64,000 nucleotides of DNA. Source: Octopus sinensis. Lineage: Eukaryota. The translations under genes were made by a program, and so were the position numbers. The notes under the pieces were generated by a model, which was not told where the DNA came from, made no database searches, and saw only the letters and a list, made by a program, of their open reading frames with translations. Shown here piece by piece: positions 60,940-64,000 of the stretch; positions within the stretch are counted from its first letter, which is position 1; each line of letters starts with the position of its first letter. The stretch spans positions 7,378,001 through 7,442,000 of the forward strand of contig NC_043003.1 in the NCBI RefSeq assembly GCF_006345805.1, given 5' to 3'.

Positions 60940-63786
60940 CTGAAAATAAATAAAGGGAAGGTGAAATATTTGAGGGGATGAGGGAACAGTGGATCTTGAA
61001 GCACATAAACTATAAATAATAGAAGGTAAATATTGTGTAAAAAAAACAAAAAGAAACTCCTTGGGTGGAAAAAATAAATTTTAGGCTCAGGATTTTTAGG
61101 GTTTTAAGGAGGAACCATTTAGTTGCTATAGTTTCTCAGTTCTACTTTGATTCTAAGGTGTAGCACCTACGAGGGTCCCAGGCATGTAACCAGCTAAACC
61201 AGGGTATGCTGAACTCATGGGAGGCAAATGGATCTTGCCAAGAAATTGGTGAATATCACTAGACGCTGAGTGGGACGAACAGACAGGAAACTGCCATTGG
61301 CCAAGATCAACCAGTTTAGGGAACAACAGACCAATATAATTTATAGGTCTGGGTTGCCATATTCGGATGGTTGATTTTTATAGGTACAGAACTGATGGAA
61401 TGTCACAGCAATCCATTAGCATTGTGAAAGGAGAGAGCTGACAGAGTCGTTAGCATGTTGGGCAAAATGCTTCATGGAATTTTGTTCATCTTTACGTTCC
61501 GAGTTCAAATCCCACCATGGTTGACTTTGCCTTTCATCCTTTTGGGGGTTGACAAAAATAAGTACCAGTTGAGCACTGGGATCAATGTAATCATCTTTCC
61601 TGAAAATTGCTGGCCTTGTGCCTAAATTTGAAATAACCCATTAATAATTGTTACAAATACCCAAGGAGTGGCTGTGTGGTAAGAAGCTTGCTTGCTAACC
61701 ACATGGTTCCAAGTTCACTCCCACTGAGTGGCACCTTGGGCAAGTGTCTTCTATTATAACCTCAGGTTGTCAAAAGCCATGTGAGTGGATTTGGTAGATG
61801 GAAACTAAAAAGAAGCCTGTCGTGTGTGTGTGTGTGTATATATATATTCTTTTATTCATTCCAGTCATTTGACTGCGACCATGCTGCAGCACCCCTTTAG
61901 TCAAACAAATCAACACCAGGACTTTGTAAGCCTAGTTCTTATTCTATCGGTCCCTTTTGCCAAACTGCTAAATCTATCATAAAACAAGAGATGAAAGTAA
62001 TGTAAAACTACAACTCAGATCGAGATGAAACAACAAAAAAAAAAAGGGTTAAAGTCCCCTTCAAGTCATGAACAACCATGGGATTGCACCTAGAAAGTTT
62101 CCTTCTGAGGCACAAGCCCGGGCAAGGTTGTTTATGGAAGCCCAGCAGTCACCCATGCATACCAGCCTCCCCTCTCAAGGCCACCAGTGTTATCCAAGGG
62201 AAAGGCCAAGGGGCCAATACAGCTTGGCATCAGTGACGTCGCAACTCACTTCTACAGCTGAGTGAACTGGAGCAATTTGAAATAAAGTGTCTTGCTCAAG
62301 AAAAAAACACACAGCCGGGTCTGGGAATTGAACTCATTACCTCATGATTGTGACCAGTGAGTCAATCACCTTTATCAAAATGGAACAGCAATAATAAATA
62401 GTAATATTAACAATGCATGAAATTCCTATGTTGTTATAGGTTATAAGGAAATTCATCGTAAGAAATGTCATTTCAAATGACCTCATCAGACATTTTCTTG
62501 ATAATATTTGACATTTCCTATTTAGAACTTTTATGAAATCTCTTATCATTTTGCTCTCCCCACCGAAAAAGGAAAAGGAATAAACTTTGAGCAGCTGTAT
62601 TACTTTCAGGTTGTATGTTTTGTTACAGACTGCTGCTTTGTTACACGGGAATGTGTCTTTATATAAAACATGACCTACTACTTTATAAAAACATATGAAC
62701 TACCTGCTATATATAACATTTGAACTTTTATATTATTTCCGATAATAATAATAACAGTAAGAACCCAGCCACTTTGACTGGGCAGGTCTATATATATACA
62801 TATATATAGTTCACTTTTCCTGTTAAGGTAATACCAACAAAAGAAATACTCTTTCAGGTGAGAGAAAGGTATTAATACACAAAGTTCATGGTTATGAGCT
62901 ATCAATAGTTTCATACACTGAAGTTTAATCTAGACAGGGTTTTAAAACAAGCCTAGTGTCTTCAAGTAGTGTTCAGGCTCTGGGCACAGGGATTTGTAAC
63001 TTGTATAGACCATGTGCATAGAACCTGAAAGTTACATGAAGAAATTAGATGCATTTTAAAACCTGCCGAGATAATCTTCAAATTTATGAAACATTTACTA
63101 GCTCATACCTATAAACTGTGTATATTAAACAATATATATAGATAGTGAGAATTCACAAAAACACAAAAGCCGAAGACAGGTGGTGTAGACAACAAACAGA
63201 TGCATTAGTTTAATGTTCGGGAAGTGAAAAAGTCTTTAACGTTTCAAGCCTATGCTCTTCCACAGAAAGAAACAAAAGAGAAAATAAAGAATGTATAGTG
63301 GCTAGTAATCTATCATGGCAATTGTCATTTAACATCCGCTTTACATGCTGGCATGGGTTGGATGCATTTGACTGAGGAGTGGTGAGCCAGAAGGCTACAC
63401 AGTCTCCAATCTGATCTGGCAAAGCTTCTACAGCTAGATGCCCTTCCCAACACCAACCACTCCGAGAGTGTAGTGGGTGCTTTTACATGCTGCGGGTACG
63501 AGGGCCAGTCAGGCAGTACTGACAATGGCCATGCTCAAAAGGTGTTTTTTACGTGCCACCTGCATGGGAGCCAGTCCGGCGGCACTGGCAACGACCACAT
63601 TCAAATGTTGTTTTTCACGTGCCAGTAAGGTGATACTGGCAACGATCATGCTCGAATGGTGCTTTTGATGTCCTGCAAAGGAATGGTGTCCTGTTCAGAA
63701 GAAGTGTCATCATCTCTGTTACTTATATGCCATGGAAAATTGGTAACTTGGCTCTTTGAGTACTGGGACTTGAGATAGTGATGATA

Positions 63787-64000
63787 TAATAAATAATGAA
63801 ATTATTGTATACAGTGCTCAGGTGCACCACAACTTGTCAGAAAGTGCATATAGATTATATGCAGTAATGTACAAATATCTGGGAAGTGAACAATGTATGA
63901 GTCAGATACATGCTTGCGTGTGTATGGAGGGGAGAAAATCAGGTGTAGTGTTGGCGAATCTCAGGAAGCATGGAAGTTTTGAAGGATGCAGTGCTCCGAC
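63787..64000 (-). mobile_element. CR1 family-2 3' end (runs off window)
   Basis: Same 3' UTR as 43546-44174. Confidence 0.85.

Noticed and set aside
63670-63780. Possible upstream CNDP2 exon
   Set aside because: No frame resembled the expected GLRG...DLHSG...GG segment; upstream exons are probably outside the window.

Overview
Eukaryotic, AT-rich, transposon-dense genomic DNA. The SINE/RTE/microsatellite landscape suggests an octopus or other cephalopod; this is an inference, not verified. Two convergent protein-coding genes are partly contained. (1) The last three coding exons of a ZnT1/SLC30A1-like zinc exporter lie on + (343-422, 2873-3055, 8536-8859 with stop). (2) The last six coding exons of a CNDP2-like M20 dipeptidase lie on - (60939 down to 47827). 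All were read by hand with consistent GT-AG phases, and three are absent from the ORF track. About 39 kb of SINEs (four head types, here labelled A-D), CR1/L2- and RTE-type LINE 3' ends, piggyBac-like, Tc1/pogo and Helitron non-autonomous elements and microsatellites separate the two genes. Most ORF-track entries are spurious repeat translations. Best novel candidates: (a) a TSD-flanked tripartite retrocopy of full-length U6 snRNA + 5.8S rRNA + SINE in the last CNDP2 intron; (b) several minimal hammerhead-ribozyme-like motifs with variant cores in Penelope-like remnants; (c) a ~145-bp inverted repeat around a LINE fragment in a CNDP2 intron; (d) SINE/LINE tail sharing with a compensatory hairpin, and modular head/tail swapping among SINEs. 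Repeat boundaries were read by eye and are approximate unless a TSD or TIR is quoted.
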